DNA of 32,000 nucleotides from Nitrosococcus oceani ATCC 19707 (GCF_000012805.1 NC_007484.1:150001-182000), one strand, 5' to 3'. Shown: positions 1 through 10,370, numbered from the stretch's first letter. Numbers and translations: made by a program. The notes: a model not told the origin generated them from the letters alone.

Positions 1-91
1 GGTGCATGGCCGCCGGGAGGCTTACCCAGAGTGGCTGACTCTGGTATCGGATTGAGATTGAAGTGCTGGTTGATTAAGCGAAAGGAGAACT

Positions 92-838
92 ATGGCGGGA
101 CATAGTAAATGGGCCAATATTCAATATCGTAAGGGCGCCCAGGATGCCAAGCGGGGTAAGCTTTTTACCCGGCTTATTCGCGAGATTACGGTGGCGGCTC
201 GCCTTGAGGGCGGCGATCCCGCAACAAGTCCAAGGCTGCGCACCGCTATTGACAAGGCTTTCGCTGCTAATATGCCGAAAGATAACATTGAGCGGGCTAT
301 CAAACGAGGCACCGGCGATCTGGAAGGAGTGGCCTACGAGGAGGTCCGCTATGAAGGATACGGACCCTATGGCGTAGCCGTGATGGTGGACTGTATGACC
401 GATAATCGTAACCGCACCGTGGCTGAAATCCGCCACGTTTTTAGTAAATGGGGCGGAAATCTGGGCACGGATGGATCGGTTGCCTATTTATTCAGCAAAA
501 AAGGAATTATCAGCTATTCTAAGGAAAGCAACGAAGATGCCATCATGGAAGTAGCCATTGAAGGGGGCGCTGAGGATGTGGTGACTAACGAGGATAGCTC
601 AATAGATGTGTTCACTGAACCGGAGGAGTTTTCGACGGTAAAGAAGGCTCTGGATGAGGCGGGTTTGAAAGCCGAGCAGGCAGAAATTACGCAGCATGCG
701 TCGACCAGCGTCTCATTGGCGCTGGAGGAAGCACGGAAAATGCTGGATTTTCTGGATGCTCTGGAGGAGCTGGATGACGTTCAGCAGGTCTATAGCAATG
801 CTGATTTCTCCGAGGAAATTCTAGCGCAATTAGGATAG
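92..838 (+). CDS. yebC: YebC/PmpR-family transcriptional regulator
   Basis: The 248-aa ORF opens with [32 protein letters not shown], the invariant N-terminus of this family. AGGAG RBS at 83-87 and ATG at 92. It lies directly upstream of ruvC, as in many proteobacteria. Confidence 0.9.
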   Translation: MAGHSKWANIQYRKGAQDAKRGKLFTRLIREITVAARLEGGDPATSPRLRTAIDKAFAANMPKDNIERAIKRGTGDLEGVAYEEVRYEGYGPYGVAVMVDCMTDNRNRTVAEIRHVFSKWGGNLGTDGSVAYLFSKKGIISYSKESNEDAIMEVAIEGGAEDVVTNEDSSIDVFTEPEEFSTVKKALDEAGLKAEQAEITQHASTSVSLALEEARKMLDFLDALEELDDVQQVYSNADFSEEILAQLG

Positions 839-941
839 TTTCGGTTTCGGCCATTATTGAAAATGGCGCGATTAGCCGGAGAAAATAGGTGCCGATTCTT
901 AGGTAAAGCTCTTCTTTTGGTAGATAATTTCCCAATTTTTT

Positions 942-1466
942 ATGGCGCGAATCCTCGGTATTGATCCTGGGTCCCGGATTACGGGCTACGGCTTGATTGA
1001 AACTAATAACAAAAAAACCGTCTATATCGCTGCCGGTTGCATCCGAGCGGGAGAGGGAGGATTAGCGGAACGATTGGGACAAATCTTCCAGGGAATTACC
1101 GGAATTATCCAAGCTTACCATCCTGATGAAGTAGCGGTGGAGCAAGTTTTTATGCACCAAAATCCTGGCTCTGCTCTGAAGTTGGGACAGGCCCGCGGGG
1201 CGGCGATCTGTGCCGCAGTCAATGCGGTGCTCCCTATTTTTGAATATACCCCATCCCAGGTTAAACAAGCTGTGGTGGGACGTGGCGATGCGGCTAAATC
1301 ACAAGTTCAATACATGATACGCTTATTGCTTAAACTTCCTGCCGAGCCGGCAACAGATGCTGCTGATGCCTTGGCCTGCGCCCTCTGCCATGAGCATGCA
1401 GGTCCGCTTCTGGCTGGTTTGGCTGGACAGGTAAGGGGTCGGCGGCGAGGGCGCTATTATCGATGA
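942..1466 (+). CDS. ruvC: Holliday junction resolvase RuvC
   Basis: 174 aa with N-terminal [14 protein letters not shown] (RNase H-like RuvC signature). The stop overlaps the ruvA start (ATGA at 1463-1466). Confidence 0.92.
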
Positions 1467-2062
1467 TTGGTCGTCTGCGGGGTATTTTATTGGAAAAACG
1501 GGCTCCCTTTTTACTATTAGATGTACAAGGTGTAGGTTATGAGCTGGAAGCTCCTTTGTCTACGTTCTATGTCCTTCCCGCTATGGGCGCTGAGGTGATC
1601 CTATACACTCATCTGGTGGTGCGAGACGATGCCCACCTGCTGTATGCTTTCGCCAGTGAAAAGGAGCGCGGGCTGTTCCGGAGTCTTATTCGGGTTAATG
1701 GTGTGGGCGCTAAATTGGGATTGGGAATTCTTTCTGGAATAGAGGCCGAATCCTTTACCCGCTGTGTCCAGGAAGGAGATACGGTGAGTCTGACCCGGTT
1801 GCCTGGCGTAGGTAAAAAAACGGCGGAACGCCTCATTGTGGAGATGCGGGATCGGCTGCTCGATATGCCGGAGAGTGGAGTGGCAGGGATGCGCCCCGAT
1901 AGGGTTGATGGTTCCGCCCCGGGGACAGTGGCGGAAGCGGTCAGCGCCCTGGTGGCGCTAGGTTATAAACCTAATGAAGCTAGCCGGGCGGTGCGCCGCC
2001 TCGATACGGAGGCATTGACCACGGAGGAGATCATCCGGCAGGCGCTACAGCGGATGTTATAA
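1463..2062 (+). CDS. ruvA: Holliday junction branch migration complex subunit RuvA
   Basis: 199 aa with MIGRLRGIL start, [12 protein letters not shown] helix-hairpin-helix and C-terminal domain III. Positioned between ruvC and ruvB. Confidence 0.92.
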
Positions 2063-2064
2063 TC

Positions 2065-3111
2065 ATGACCCTAAACCGAGATATGGTTTCCCCCCAAGAA
2101 GATCGTGGGGAAAAAGCAGTTGAATTTTCGCTACGTCCTGCCAGATTAGCCGATTATGTAGGACAACCCCAGGTGCAAGAGCAGATGGAGGTTTTTATTC
2201 CTGCTGCCCGGGCCCGGCATGAGGCCCTTGACCACGTACTTATTTTTGGCCCCCCAGGGCTGGGTAAGACCACTCTCTCCCATATTATTGCCAATGAGTT
2301 GGAAGTGAATCTGCGGCAAACTTCTGGACCGGTACTGGAACGGCCTGGCGATCTGGCTGCTTTGCTTACCAATCTGGAGCCTCGGGATGTACTTTTTATC
2401 GATGAAATTCATCGCTTAAGCCCAGTGGTGGAGGAAGTGCTTTATCCGGCCATGGAGGATCGTCAGATTGATATTATGATTGGTGAGGGTCCGGCGGCGC
2501 GATCCATCAAACTGGATTTGGTGCCTTTTACCTTGGTGGGGGCGACCACCCGGGCAGGATTGTTGACTTCTCCTCTGCGGGATCGCTTTGGTATCGTGCA
2601 ACGCCTAGAATTTTATGCGGTAGATCATTTAGTTTTGATTGTGGAACGTACGGCCCGTATTCTTGGCATGGCGATGGAAAAAGAGGGCGCCTTGGAGATT
2701 GCGCGCCGTTCCCGCGGAACGCCGCGAATTGCTAACCGCCTGCTGCGGCGAGTGCGGGATTATGCCGAAATCAAGGGAGATGGCCAGGTAACCCGCCAGG
2801 TAGCGCAAAAGGCCCTGGATTTGCTAGACGTGGATAGCCATGGTTTTGATACCATGGACCGCAAGTTGCTGTTAGCGATGCTTGAGAAATTCGATGGCGG
2901 GCCGGTGGGTGTCGATAGTCTAGCAGCCGCCATTGGCGAAGAGCGGGGTACTATTGAAGATGTCATAGAGCCATTTTTACTTCAGCAGGGATTCGTTATG
3001 CGTACGCCGCGAGGCCGAATGGCAACCCGCCATGCCTATCTTCATTTTGGTTTAAAACCGGCTGTAAAGATGGTGCCACAAGAAGTTTCTGATCTTTTTC
3101 CCAATGAATGA
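2065..3111 (+). CDS. ruvB: Holliday junction DNA helicase RuvB
   Basis: 348 aa with Walker [10 protein letters not shown], Walker [10 protein letters not shown] and sensor region [16 protein letters not shown]. Confidence 0.95.
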   Translation: MTLNRDMVSPQEDRGEKAVEFSLRPARLADYVGQPQVQEQMEVFIPAARARHEALDHVLIFGPPGLGKTTLSHIIANELEVNLRQTSGPVLERPGDLAALLTNLEPRDVLFIDEIHRLSPVVEEVLYPAMEDRQIDIMIGEGPAARSIKLDLVPFTLVGATTRAGLLTSPLRDRFGIVQRLEFYAVDHLVLIVERTARILGMAMEKEGALEIARRSRGTPRIANRLLRRVRDYAEIKGDGQVTRQVAQKALDLLDVDSHGFDTMDRKLLLAMLEKFDGGPVGVDSLAAAIGEERGTIEDVIEPFLLQQGFVMRTPRGRMATRHAYLHFGLKPAVKMVPQEVSDLFPNE

Positions 3112-3511
3112 ATTTGTCTGGCCAGTGCGTGTTTACTATGAGGACACGGACAGCGGTGGCGTGGTTTATTATGCTAATTATCTCAAGTTTATGGAACGGG
3201 CCCGTACCGAGTGGTTGCGCAGCCTGGGTTTTGAGCAGGATGTTTTGCTCAATGAACAGGGGTTGTTATTTGTGGTACGCTCCTTGCAATTAGATTATTT
3301 GCGGCCAGGGCGCTTTAATGATTGGCTGAAGGTTCATAGCCATCTCCTGGAGCGTGGACGCGCCAGTTTGGCTTTTGCCCAGACGGTGCGGCGCGGGGAG
3401 CAAACGCTCCTCTGCCAGGCCGAAGTGAAGGTGGTTTGCCTAAATGCTCAAACCTTTCGCCCTTGTCCCATTCCTAAACTGATACTTGCGGAGATTACCG
3501 GTGACTGTTGA
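3104..3511 (+). CDS. ybgC: Tol-Pal-associated acyl-CoA thioesterase (4HBT/hotdog fold)
   Basis: 135 aa with [27 protein letters not shown], typical of YbgC. ATG 3104 overlaps the ruvB stop. It lies immediately upstream of tolQ. Confidence 0.85.
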   Translation: MNEFVWPVRVYYEDTDSGGVVYYANYLKFMERARTEWLRSLGFEQDVLLNEQGLLFVVRSLQLDYLRPGRFNDWLKVHSHLLERGRASLAFAQTVRRGEQTLLCQAEVKVVCLNAQTFRPCPIPKLILAEITGDC

Positions 3512-4178
3512 TCTCTCTCTTCTGGATTTAATTACAGGTGCCAGCTTCTTGGTGCAATTGGTGATATTGATACTGCTAATTATTTCCGTGATTGCTTGGA
3601 CTCTTATCTTCCGTAAACGCAGCGAGCTGAAGCAGGCCAGGGAGGAGGCCGACGAGTTTGAAGATCGGTTTTGGTCGGGGAAAGAACTCAATAGCCTCTA
3701 CGCTGAACTAGCTGCCCAAGAGCTCCCGCCTGGGGGCATGGAAGGTATCTTTCTCGCGGGTTTCAGCGAGTTTGCACGTTTGCGCAAGCAGGCTGGCGTG
3801 GAGCACCGAACGGTATTGGATGGAACCCAGCGGGCGATGCGGGTTTCCTTGGCCCGAGAAATAGATATGCTGGAGGCTTCGCTGCCGTTTTTGGCCACAG
3901 CTGGTTCCACCAGCCCCTATATCGGCCTATTTGGCACCGTATGGGGAATCATGAATTCGTTCCGAGGCTTGGGCAATGCTCATCAAGCCACTTTAGCTAT
4001 GGTGGCGCCAGGGATTGCCGAGGCGCTTATCGCCACCGCCATGGGGCTGTTTGCCGCTATTCCGGCGGTGATTGCCTATAATCGCTATGCTTATGAAGTG
4101 GAGCGCCTGGCCAACCGCTATGATACCTTTGTAGAGGAATTCTCTACTATTCTTCAGCGCCAGATTCATACTGTTTAA
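3486..4178 (+). CDS. tolQ: Tol-Pal system protein TolQ (MotA/TolQ/ExbB channel)
   Basis: Three predicted TM segments and the conserved SPYIGLFGTVWGIMNSF and GIAEALIATAMGL motifs. The ORF track opens at TTG 3486. GTG 3501, preceded by GGAG at 3490-3493, is the more likely start. Confidence 0.9.
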   Translation: MRRLPVTVDLSLLDLITGASFLVQLVILILLIISVIAWTLIFRKRSELKQAREEADEFEDRFWSGKELNSLYAELAAQELPPGGMEGIFLAGFSEFARLRKQAGVEHRTVLDGTQRAMRVSLAREIDMLEASLPFLATAGSTSPYIGLFGTVWGIMNSFRGLGNAHQATLAMVAPGIAEALIATAMGLFAAIPAVIAYNRYAYEVERLANRYDTFVEEFSTILQRQIHTV

Positions 4179-4190
4179 GTCTAGCCCCCC

Positions 4191-4637
4191 ATGTATACTC
4201 TTCAGCAACGCAAGCGGCGCCGGCTCCTGGCGGAAATCAACGTGGTGCCCTACATTGATGTCATGTTGGTGTTATTGGTGATTTTCATGATTACGGCGCC
4301 GATGCTGACTCAGGGAGTTAAGGTTGATCTACCCCGGGCAGGCTCTAAGCCGGTAAAGCCGCCGGAGGATGAGCGGCCTTTGTTGATCAATGTGGACGCC
4401 CAAGGGCGTTATTATATTAATATAGGCGAAACGCCAGACCAGCCTGTTACAGCAGATAAGCTTTTAGAGGTAGTTACTTTGGTGCTGCGCCATAAGCCTG
4501 ATACCCCCATTCTTATAGGAGGGGATCGCCAGGTTTCCTATGGCGCCGTGGTGAAGATAATGGCCCTGCTACGGCAGGCAGATGTTTCCCAACTCGGACT
4601 CATTACAGAGCCGCCGCCCCCGCAGGAATCTCGCTAA
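4191..4637 (+). CDS. tolR: Tol-Pal system protein TolR (ExbD/TolR family)
   Basis: 148 aa with N-terminal EINVVPYIDVMLVLLVIFMITAP TM helix typical of ExbD/TolR. Positioned between tolQ and tolA. Confidence 0.88.
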   Translation: MYTLQQRKRRRLLAEINVVPYIDVMLVLLVIFMITAPMLTQGVKVDLPRAGSKPVKPPEDERPLLINVDAQGRYYINIGETPDQPVTADKLLEVVTLVLRHKPDTPILIGGDRQVSYGAVVKIMALLRQADVSQLGLITEPPPPQESR

Positions 4638-4647
4638 TTTATTATCC

Positions 4648-5604
4648 ATGGAGAATCCACGCCAGAAATGGTTCGCCTTTGCACTGGCTCTTTTGGTCCA
4701 CGGTATTTTATTTGCTGTGTTGGTGATTAGTCTGGGCTGGACTCCTAAACCCGAGCCAGTCAATATTGCCCCGGCGCAGATTGTCCAAGCCACTGTCGTA
4801 GATAAGGAGAAGCTGTTAGCGGAAGCCGCCCAGCGGCGGCAAGCAGAACAGGATGCACTAGCCCGGCAGCAGGCCCTAGTGCAAAAACGGGAAGCAGCTG
4901 AACGGCAGCGGGCAGAAGCCCAGCGCCAGCAGCAGGCGAGAGCGGAACAGGCCAGGCGGGAAACCCAAGAACAACAGGCATTGGAGCAAAAACAGCAGGA
5001 GGAACAAGCCCGGCTTAAACGACTAGAGGCGGAGCGGCAGGCAAAGGAAGAAGCGGCCCGCCGTCAGGCGGAAGCCGAGAAAAAGCGCGCTGAGGAGAAA
5101 AAGCGCCAAGCCGAGGCCGAGAAGCGGCGGTTGGAGGAAGAACGGCGTCGGGCTGAGGCAGCCAAACGAAAAGCGGAAGAAGAGCGTAAAAAGATTGAGG
5201 CGGCTAAACGCAAGGCGGAGGAGGAACGCAAAAAAGCAGAAGCGGCCCGCCGCCAGCAGGAACTTCAGGACCGTATCGAGGCGGAGGAGAACGCCGCTCA
5301 AGTTGAGGCTGCCCGTAATCGCTTTTTAACGCAAGTAAAAATGCGAGTACAGCGTTACTGGATCCGCCCCCCGAGCGCCCGCGATGATCTTGTGGTTTTA
5401 CTGCAAGTAGAAATGCTACCCAGCGGCGAGGTGCGCAATGTGAAAGTGGCTAAGAGCAGCGGTGACCGAGCCTTTGATCGCTCGGGAGAAGCAGCGGTTT
5501 ATAAAGCTGCCCCTTTGCCAATACCGGCCGAGTCAGCGGCGGCAGAAGATTTCTTACCTAGATTTAATTTTAAATTCTGTTCTGATCCTTCTAATTGTAA
5601 ATGA
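4648..5604 (+). CDS. tolA: Tol-Pal system protein TolA
   Basis: I place the start at ATG 4648 (MENPRQKWFAFALALLVHGILFAVLV, a TM anchor). The ORF-track start 4582 lies inside tolR. The protein has a long A/E/K/R/Q-rich helical domain II and a C-terminal globular TolA-III-like domain. Its stop overlaps the tolB start. Confidence 0.82.
   Translation: MENPRQKWFAFALALLVHGILFAVLVISLGWTPKPEPVNIAPAQIVQATVVDKEKLLAEAAQRRQAEQDALARQQALVQKREAAERQRAEAQRQQQARAEQARRETQEQQALEQKQQEEQARLKRLEAERQAKEEAARRQAEAEKKRAEEKKRQAEAEKRRLEEERRRAEAAKRKAEEERKKIEAAKRKAEEERKKAEAARRQQELQDRIEAEENAAQVEAARNRFLTQVKMRVQRYWIRPPSARDDLVVLLQVEMLPSGEVRNVKVAKSSGDRAFDRSGEAAVYKAAPLPIPAESAAAEDFLPRFNFKFCSDPSNCK
5158..5241 (+). repeat. Two tandem 42-bp (14-aa) repeats inside tolA domain II
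   Basis: AAKRKAEEERKKIE / AAKRKAEEERKKAE. The units are 13/14 identical at protein level, but 10 of the 14 codons differ synonymously. Confidence 0.9.
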
Positions 5605-6905
5605 TGAACACGAGAGTTTGGTGTAAAATTATAGGGATGTTGGCGCTGCTAGTGTGGCTAGTGTCTTCGCCCAGTGTTTTTGCCGTGCTCACCATTGAAA
5701 TCACCGGTGGCACGGAAGCAGCGTTACCTATTGCCATTGTCCCCTTTCAGAATGAAGGGAGCACTCCCCCTGAGAATGTGGCCGCTGTCATCGCTGCCGA
5801 TTTGGCCCGCAGCGGGCGCTTTGCCCCGTTGCCAGAGGAAGACCTGATTTCCCGCCCTCGCAATGCTTCTGATATCCAGTTCCAGGATTGGCGGCGGCTG
5901 GGTTCGGAAGGGTTGGTGATTGGAAAGGTGATCTCTTTAGGTGCGGACCGTTATGAAGTGCGCTTTCAACTCTTTGATATCTATAAGGAAGAGCAATTAG
6001 TAGGACGCCGTTACCAAGTTCCAGCGGCAGGACTGCGCCATCTAGCCCATCAAATTGCTGATCTTATCTACGAGACCTTGACCGGTGAAAAAGGAATTTT
6101 TACTACTCATATTGCCTTTGTGACCGTTTCTAGGGCTGCCCATGGAGCTAAACAATATTCCCTGCAAGTAGCCGATGTAGATGGCCATAATCCCCATACT
6201 ATTCTGCGCTCGAAGGAACCCATTTTATCGCCGGCCTGGTCCCCCGATGGGACTCAGCTCGCCTATGTGTCCTTCGAGCGCAGGCGCTCGGAAGTTTTCG
6301 TTCAGGAATTGCGCACAGGGCAGCGACAATCCGTAGCCTCTTTTTCTGGGATTAACAGCGCCCCCGATTGGTCTCCGGATGGAGGCAAACTTGCTCTGGT
6401 CCTCTCCAAGGAAGGTAATCCGGAAATTTATATTCGTGATTTGGCAACCGGCAGGCTTACCCGTCTTACCCATAATACTGCCATTGATACCGAGCCCGCT
6501 TGGGCGCCTGATGGAGGGAGTATTGTCTTTACTTCGGATCGGGGAGGGCGGCCTCAACTTTATCAGATTCCGGTTTCAGGGGGACGAGCGCAACGTTTAA
6601 CCTTCGATGGAGCCTATAATGCTTCTGCTTCGTTTGCGCCGGACGGCCGCCGCTTGGCTTTAATTCATGGGGATAAGGGACAGTTTCATATTGCCGTATT
6701 GAATTTACAAAGTAAGGAATTGCAGGTGCTGACCGAGACTCGGATGGATGAATCACCAAGCTTTGCCCCCAATGGCCGAATGATTCTTTATGCCACCTCG
6801 AGTCCTCAGGGAGGCGTCTTAGCCGCCGTCTCCACCGACGGTCGGGTTCGCCAGCGTTTAGCGCAGCAAGGTGATGAAGTCCGGGAACCCGCCTGGTCCC
6901 CTTGA
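5601..6905 (+). CDS. tolB: Tol-Pal system beta-propeller protein TolB
   Basis: 434 aa with a signal peptide ending SVFA. Repeated blade motifs: SPAWSPDG, APDWSPDG, EPAWAPDG, SFAPDG, SFAPNG, EPAWSP. Confidence 0.93.
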   Translation: MMNTRVWCKIIGMLALLVWLVSSPSVFAVLTIEITGGTEAALPIAIVPFQNEGSTPPENVAAVIAADLARSGRFAPLPEEDLISRPRNASDIQFQDWRRLGSEGLVIGKVISLGADRYEVRFQLFDIYKEEQLVGRRYQVPAAGLRHLAHQIADLIYETLTGEKGIFTTHIAFVTVSRAAHGAKQYSLQVADVDGHNPHTILRSKEPILSPAWSPDGTQLAYVSFERRRSEVFVQELRTGQRQSVASFSGINSAPDWSPDGGKLALVLSKEGNPEIYIRDLATGRLTRLTHNTAIDTEPAWAPDGGSIVFTSDRGGRPQLYQIPVSGGRAQRLTFDGAYNASASFAPDGRRLALIHGDKGQFHIAVLNLQSKELQVLTETRMDESPSFAPNGRMILYATSSPQGGVLAAVSTDGRVRQRLAQQGDEVREPAWSP

Positions 6906-6938
6906 ACTAAAAAATAGAATCTTTAAGGAGCTCTAGCG

Positions 6939-7502
6939 ATGCGTCTAGTTATTCTCTTTTTTCTGCTAGCGGGGATTTATGGGTTAGTGGGATGTGCGGG
7001 CGGTACCGCTACCACTCAAGGCGGGCCTCCGGATGTTGTCGTGGAGGAACGAGGCGCTTCCCCTTATCCTGAAGGTGAAGCCTTGGAAGAGGAAAGCGCC
7101 ACCACCTGGGGAATCGGCGAAGGAGCCGCCTATCAAGGCGATCCCCTGGCCGATCCTGCTAGTCCTCTGGCCAGCCGGGTGGTTTACTTTGAATTTGATA
7201 GCAGCGAGATTCAGCAAGATGATCGGCCCATTGTGGAAGCTCATGGCGGTTATCTGGCAAAACACCCCGATATCAAGGTGACTCTGGAAGGCCATACTGA
7301 TGAGCGGGGTTCTCGAGAATATAATTTGGCTTTAGGCGAACGGCGGGCCAACGCGGTGCGCAGTTTAATTCTTTTGATGGGAGCCTCGGAAGACCAAGTT
7401 GAAGTAGTAAGCTATGGTGAGGAGCGGCCAGCAGTGGATGGCCAGGATGAAGGTGCTTGGCAGCTCAATCGTCGGGTCGAAATCCTTTACCCAGGAGAGT
7501 AA
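6939..7502 (+). CDS. pal: Peptidoglycan-associated lipoprotein Pal
   Basis: 187 aa with lipobox LVGC (Cys19) and an OmpA-like C-terminal domain (TLEGHTDERGSREYNLALGERRA, NRRVEI). AAGGAG RBS at 6925-6930. Confidence 0.92.
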   Translation: MRLVILFFLLAGIYGLVGCAGGTATTQGGPPDVVVEERGASPYPEGEALEEESATTWGIGEGAAYQGDPLADPASPLASRVVYFEFDSSEIQQDDRPIVEAHGGYLAKHPDIKVTLEGHTDERGSREYNLALGERRANAVRSLILLMGASEDQVEVVSYGEERPAVDGQDEGAWQLNRRVEILYPGE

Positions 7503-8275
7503 TGATGGTGTCGTGGTGTCGGGGCCGTTGGTTATTGGCGGGGGGGGTGCTGTGGGCCCAGCTATCAGTGGCATCTGGGGCTGAAGAGGTTGAGGTGATC
7601 GACCCAGGCGCATTGGAGCAGCGCCTGCAGCAGATAGAGCGTATCATCGAGGGACAGGGATTGTCTGAGTTGTTATCGCAGATGGCGGAATTGGAAGCTA
7701 ACGTACGGCGGCTTCAGGGAGAGAGCGAGGAACTGCGGTATGAGATGGATAATCTCAAAAGACAGCAGCGGGAATTATACGTGGATTTGGACCGGCGGTT
7801 ACAAAAATTAAGCACTTCCGGGGAAAGTTTATCCCCCCTCTTGCCCTCGGAGGCGACGGAAGAAGTTGCAGAGGAAGTGCTCGTTGATTCCGGGGAACAA
7901 ACTTACCAGGCCGCCTTGGAATTGCTTAAGGAAGGGCGCTATGAAGAGGCAATTGCCGCGTTTGACCAGTTTCCACAGCAGTACCCCGATAGCCGTTACC
8001 GGCCCAATGCCCAATACTGGCTGGGAGAAGCCCGGTACATGCTGGGTGACTTTAATGCTGCCGCCGACACTTTTCAGGCCCTGGTGGAACAATACCCGGA
8101 GAGTGCCAAGGTTCCCGATGCGATGCTCAAACAAGGATTGGCTTATTATGAGTTAGCGCAATGGGAACAAGCAAAAGCTCAATTCCAGGCAGTCATGACC
8201 CGCTATCCCGCTTCTACCGCTAGCCGCTTAGCCGAAGAGCGTTTCGAGAAAATGAAGCGGGAAGGTCATCCTTGA
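7502..8275 (+). CDS. cpoB: Tol-Pal system protein YbgF/CpoB (coiled coil + TPR)
   Basis: I place the start at ATG 7502 (TAATG overlap with the pal stop, GGAGAG upstream). The track start 7457 lies inside pal. The protein has a hydrophobic N-terminus, a coiled-coil region and a C-terminal TPR region (YQAALELLKEGRYEEAIAAF, YRPNAQYWLGEARY). Confidence 0.85.
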   Translation: MMVSWCRGRWLLAGGVLWAQLSVASGAEEVEVIDPGALEQRLQQIERIIEGQGLSELLSQMAELEANVRRLQGESEELRYEMDNLKRQQRELYVDLDRRLQKLSTSGESLSPLLPSEATEEVAEEVLVDSGEQTYQAALELLKEGRYEEAIAAFDQFPQQYPDSRYRPNAQYWLGEARYMLGDFNAAADTFQALVEQYPESAKVPDAMLKQGLAYYELAQWEQAKAQFQAVMTRYPASTASRLAEERFEKMKREGHP

Positions 8276-8462
8276 TTGCGTTAAAGGAATGTAGCGCTAA
8301 AAGAAATGTTTATTGGCGTACAAGATTGAGTTAAAGGCTAGGGTGCGAACCAAACTAAAAATATTTAGACAAACCGTGCAGATCTCTAGATGGCATTGCT
8401 ATAACAAGCGGCTGAAGTCCTTCTCCATGCCTGAGAATAAGTGGGGTAATCCAGCGGGCGTG

Positions 8463-8491
8463 CCTGCTTGCGTGTGCCCCCCACAGGCAGG
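8463..8491. repeat. REP-like imperfect hairpin, copy A (CCTGCTTGCGTG...CACAGGCAGG)
   Basis: The 8-bp outer stem CCTGCTTG/CACAGGCAGG closes a 13-nt loop. The arms closely match copy B at 11662-11691 (left 10/12, right 10/11). It is intergenic between cpoB and queE. Confidence 0.7.
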
Positions 8492-8585
8492 GGCGTAGAA
8501 CACGCGTAAGACTCGTATAAGACCGCTCCGGCGGCAGTGAGGTTGGCGAGGCAAGTAAGAGACTAGATTTTTATGAACGGTTACT

Positions 8586-9227
8586 ATGAAACGTCTGCGT
8601 ATTACTGAAATTTTTTATTCCCTACAGGGAGAAGCCCGCAGCGTTGGGTGGCCCACGGCGTTCGTGCGTTTAACCGGTTGCCCCCTCCGCTGCCATTACT
8701 GCGATACTGAATATGCCTTCCAAGGCGGGCGCTGGATGGCGCTGGACGGAATTCTTGACGCTGTTGCAGAATTTGGGGTCCGTCATGTCACCGTGACCGG
8801 CGGCGAGCCTCTAGCTCAATCAGCTTGCCTAGGACTTTTAACCCGGCTCTGCGATGCTGGGTATGAGGTCTCTTTAGAAACTAGTGGCGCCTTGGATATC
8901 TCGGCTGTTGATCGCCGGGTGATCAAGGTTATGGACTGGAAAACGCCAGGCTCAGGGGAAGAAGCCCGTAATCTTTCTACTAATCTTGAGCACCTCTCTT
9001 CCCAGGACCAGGTAAAGTTGGTGCTTTGTAACCGTCATGATTATGATTGGGCCAAGGGAGTCCTTGAGCGTCATCGTTTGACTGAGTATTGTGAAGTTTT
9101 GTTTTCCCCCAGCTACGAGCAATTGAGTCCCACTGATCTAGCTGACTGGATACTAGCAGATCATTTGCCCGTGAGGATGCAGATTCAGCTGCATAAATAC
9201 CTTTGGGGGGAGGAGCCGGGACGATGA
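8586..9227 (+). CDS. queE: 7-carboxy-7-deazaguanine synthase QueE (radical SAM)
   Basis: 213 aa with EIFYSLQGE start region and the radical-SAM cluster motif [10 protein letters not shown]. Translationally coupled to queC. Confidence 0.88.
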   Translation: MKRLRITEIFYSLQGEARSVGWPTAFVRLTGCPLRCHYCDTEYAFQGGRWMALDGILDAVAEFGVRHVTVTGGEPLAQSACLGLLTRLCDAGYEVSLETSGALDISAVDRRVIKVMDWKTPGSGEEARNLSTNLEHLSSQDQVKLVLCNRHDYDWAKGVLERHRLTEYCEVLFSPSYEQLSPTDLADWILADHLPVRMQIQLHKYLWGEEPGR

Positions 9228-9898
9228 CTGCTCCCAAAGCGGTAGTCTTAGTCTCTGGGGGCCTGGATTCAGCCACGGTGCTAGCCATTGCCCGGGAGCA
9301 GGAGTTTATTTGCCACACCCTAAGTTTTAATTATGGCCAGCGGCACCGGGTTGAGCTCCAGGCGGCTGCTGAGATTTCTCGCCGGATGGGAGCGGTAGAG
9401 CATAAACGTATCACCATCGATTTGGGAGGATTCGGGGGGTCGGCGCTGACGGACCCTAGTATGGCTGTACCGGAAGCATCCAGCGGGGCCATACCCATTA
9501 CCTACGTACCTGCGCGGAATACGGTTTTTTTATCGTTTGCCTTGGGTTGGGCTGAAGTATTGGGAGCCCAAGATATCTTCATTGGCGTCAATGCGGTGGA
9601 TTACTCGGGTTATCCTGATTGCCGCCCAGCGTTTATTAAGGCTTTTGAACATCTGGCTAAACTTGCCACCTGCGCAGGCTTGGAAGGGCGGGCATTTCGC
9701 ATTCAAGCTCCGCTTCTTCATCTATCCAAGGCAGAGATTATCCGGGAAGGGATGCGCTTGGGAATTGATTATTCTCGCACGATTTCTTGTTATCAAGCGG
9801 ATGAGAATGGGCGGGCTTGCGGAGTCTGTGATTCTTGCCGGTTCCGCAAGCAGGGCTTTTGGGATGCGGGTGTGCCCGATCCTACCCGTTACCATTAA
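9224..9898 (+). CDS. queC: 7-cyano-7-deazaguanine synthase QueC
   Basis: I place the start at ATG 9224 (ATGA overlap with the queE stop, GGAGGAG at 9209-9215). PP-loop [10 protein letters not shown] and C-terminal zinc motif [10 protein letters not shown]. Confidence 0.92.
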   Translation: MTAPKAVVLVSGGLDSATVLAIAREQEFICHTLSFNYGQRHRVELQAAAEISRRMGAVEHKRITIDLGGFGGSALTDPSMAVPEASSGAIPITYVPARNTVFLSFALGWAEVLGAQDIFIGVNAVDYSGYPDCRPAFIKAFEHLAKLATCAGLEGRAFRIQAPLLHLSKAEIIREGMRLGIDYSRTISCYQADENGRACGVCDSCRFRKQGFWDAGVPDPTRYH

Positions 9899-9953
9899 AA
9901 ACCTTTAAGATTTTCGTCAACTCAGGTAAAATTGCGTCCTTAATCCTACTGCG

Positions 9954-10029
9954 GGGCCGTTAGCTCAGTTGGTAGAGCACCGGACTTTTAATCCGTGTGT
10001 CGGAGGTTCGAATCCTCCACGGCCCACCA
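9954..10029 (+). tRNA. tRNA-Lys (anticodon UUU)
   Basis: 76-nt cloverleaf folded by hand: acceptor GGGCCGT/ACGGCCC, D-arm GCTCAGTTGGTAGAGC, anticodon stem CCGGA/TCCGT with loop CTTTTAA, T-arm GGAGGTTCGAATCCTCC, encoded CCA. Confidence 0.92.
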
Positions 10030-10370
10030 AATAAATCAGTATCCTTTCTTCCAATCCGGTTATTTTCAGGTATTCTCCATACTTAACGCTTTATTAGCTC
10101 ACATATTAAAGATACCGGAAGCATTCCTGCAATCTTCTCTCTTTGCGCCGAAATCACAACGGTAAGCTTATCCTATCGTTGGACGATTAATAAGGATGCA
10201 GGAAATTAAAAGAGTACCTCCCTTCAGGTGTTGTGCATCCCAAATATGAATTGATTGAGGTAGAAGAAAGCCGGTTTTTGTGGCGGATGATAAGATGAAT
10301 GATGGTTAAAAGACGGTATTAGCCCAAAACCGAGTTTCCTGTTTAAGTTTTCATACGAATAGTCGAGAAA

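Noticed and set aside
74-436. 120-aa minus-strand ORF, plus the 121-312 (minus strand) and 144-377 (plus strand, off frame) ORFs, all overlapping yebC
   Set aside because: They lie entirely inside the strongly supported yebC frame and have no RBS or recognisable motif. These are typical shadow or off-frame ORFs.
4582-4647. Upstream extension of tolA given by the ORF track, and likewise 7457-7501 for ybgF, 9203-9223 for queC, 20530-20568 for the CHRD protein and 28943-29092 for the PH protein
   Set aside because: These extensions overlap the preceding gene or lack coding character. Downstream in-frame starts have RBS-like sequences and give canonical N-termini (TM anchor, signal peptide or PP-loop).
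8276-8585. Possible preQ1 riboswitch or leader upstream of queE/queC, and the 61-aa ORF 8313-8498
   Set aside because: I could not find the compact preQ1-I/II hairpin with an A-rich tail consensus. The ORF runs through the REP-like hairpin and has no RBS. I treat the region as ordinary intergenic DNA plus a repeat.
10030-10370. Integrase remnant, att site or sRNA immediately downstream of tRNA-Lys
   Set aside because: There is only an 8-bp inverted repeat (TTCCTGCA near 10124, TGCAGGAA near 10197) and short stop-ridden frames. I found no recognisable integrase motif and no repeat of the tRNA 3' end in the window.
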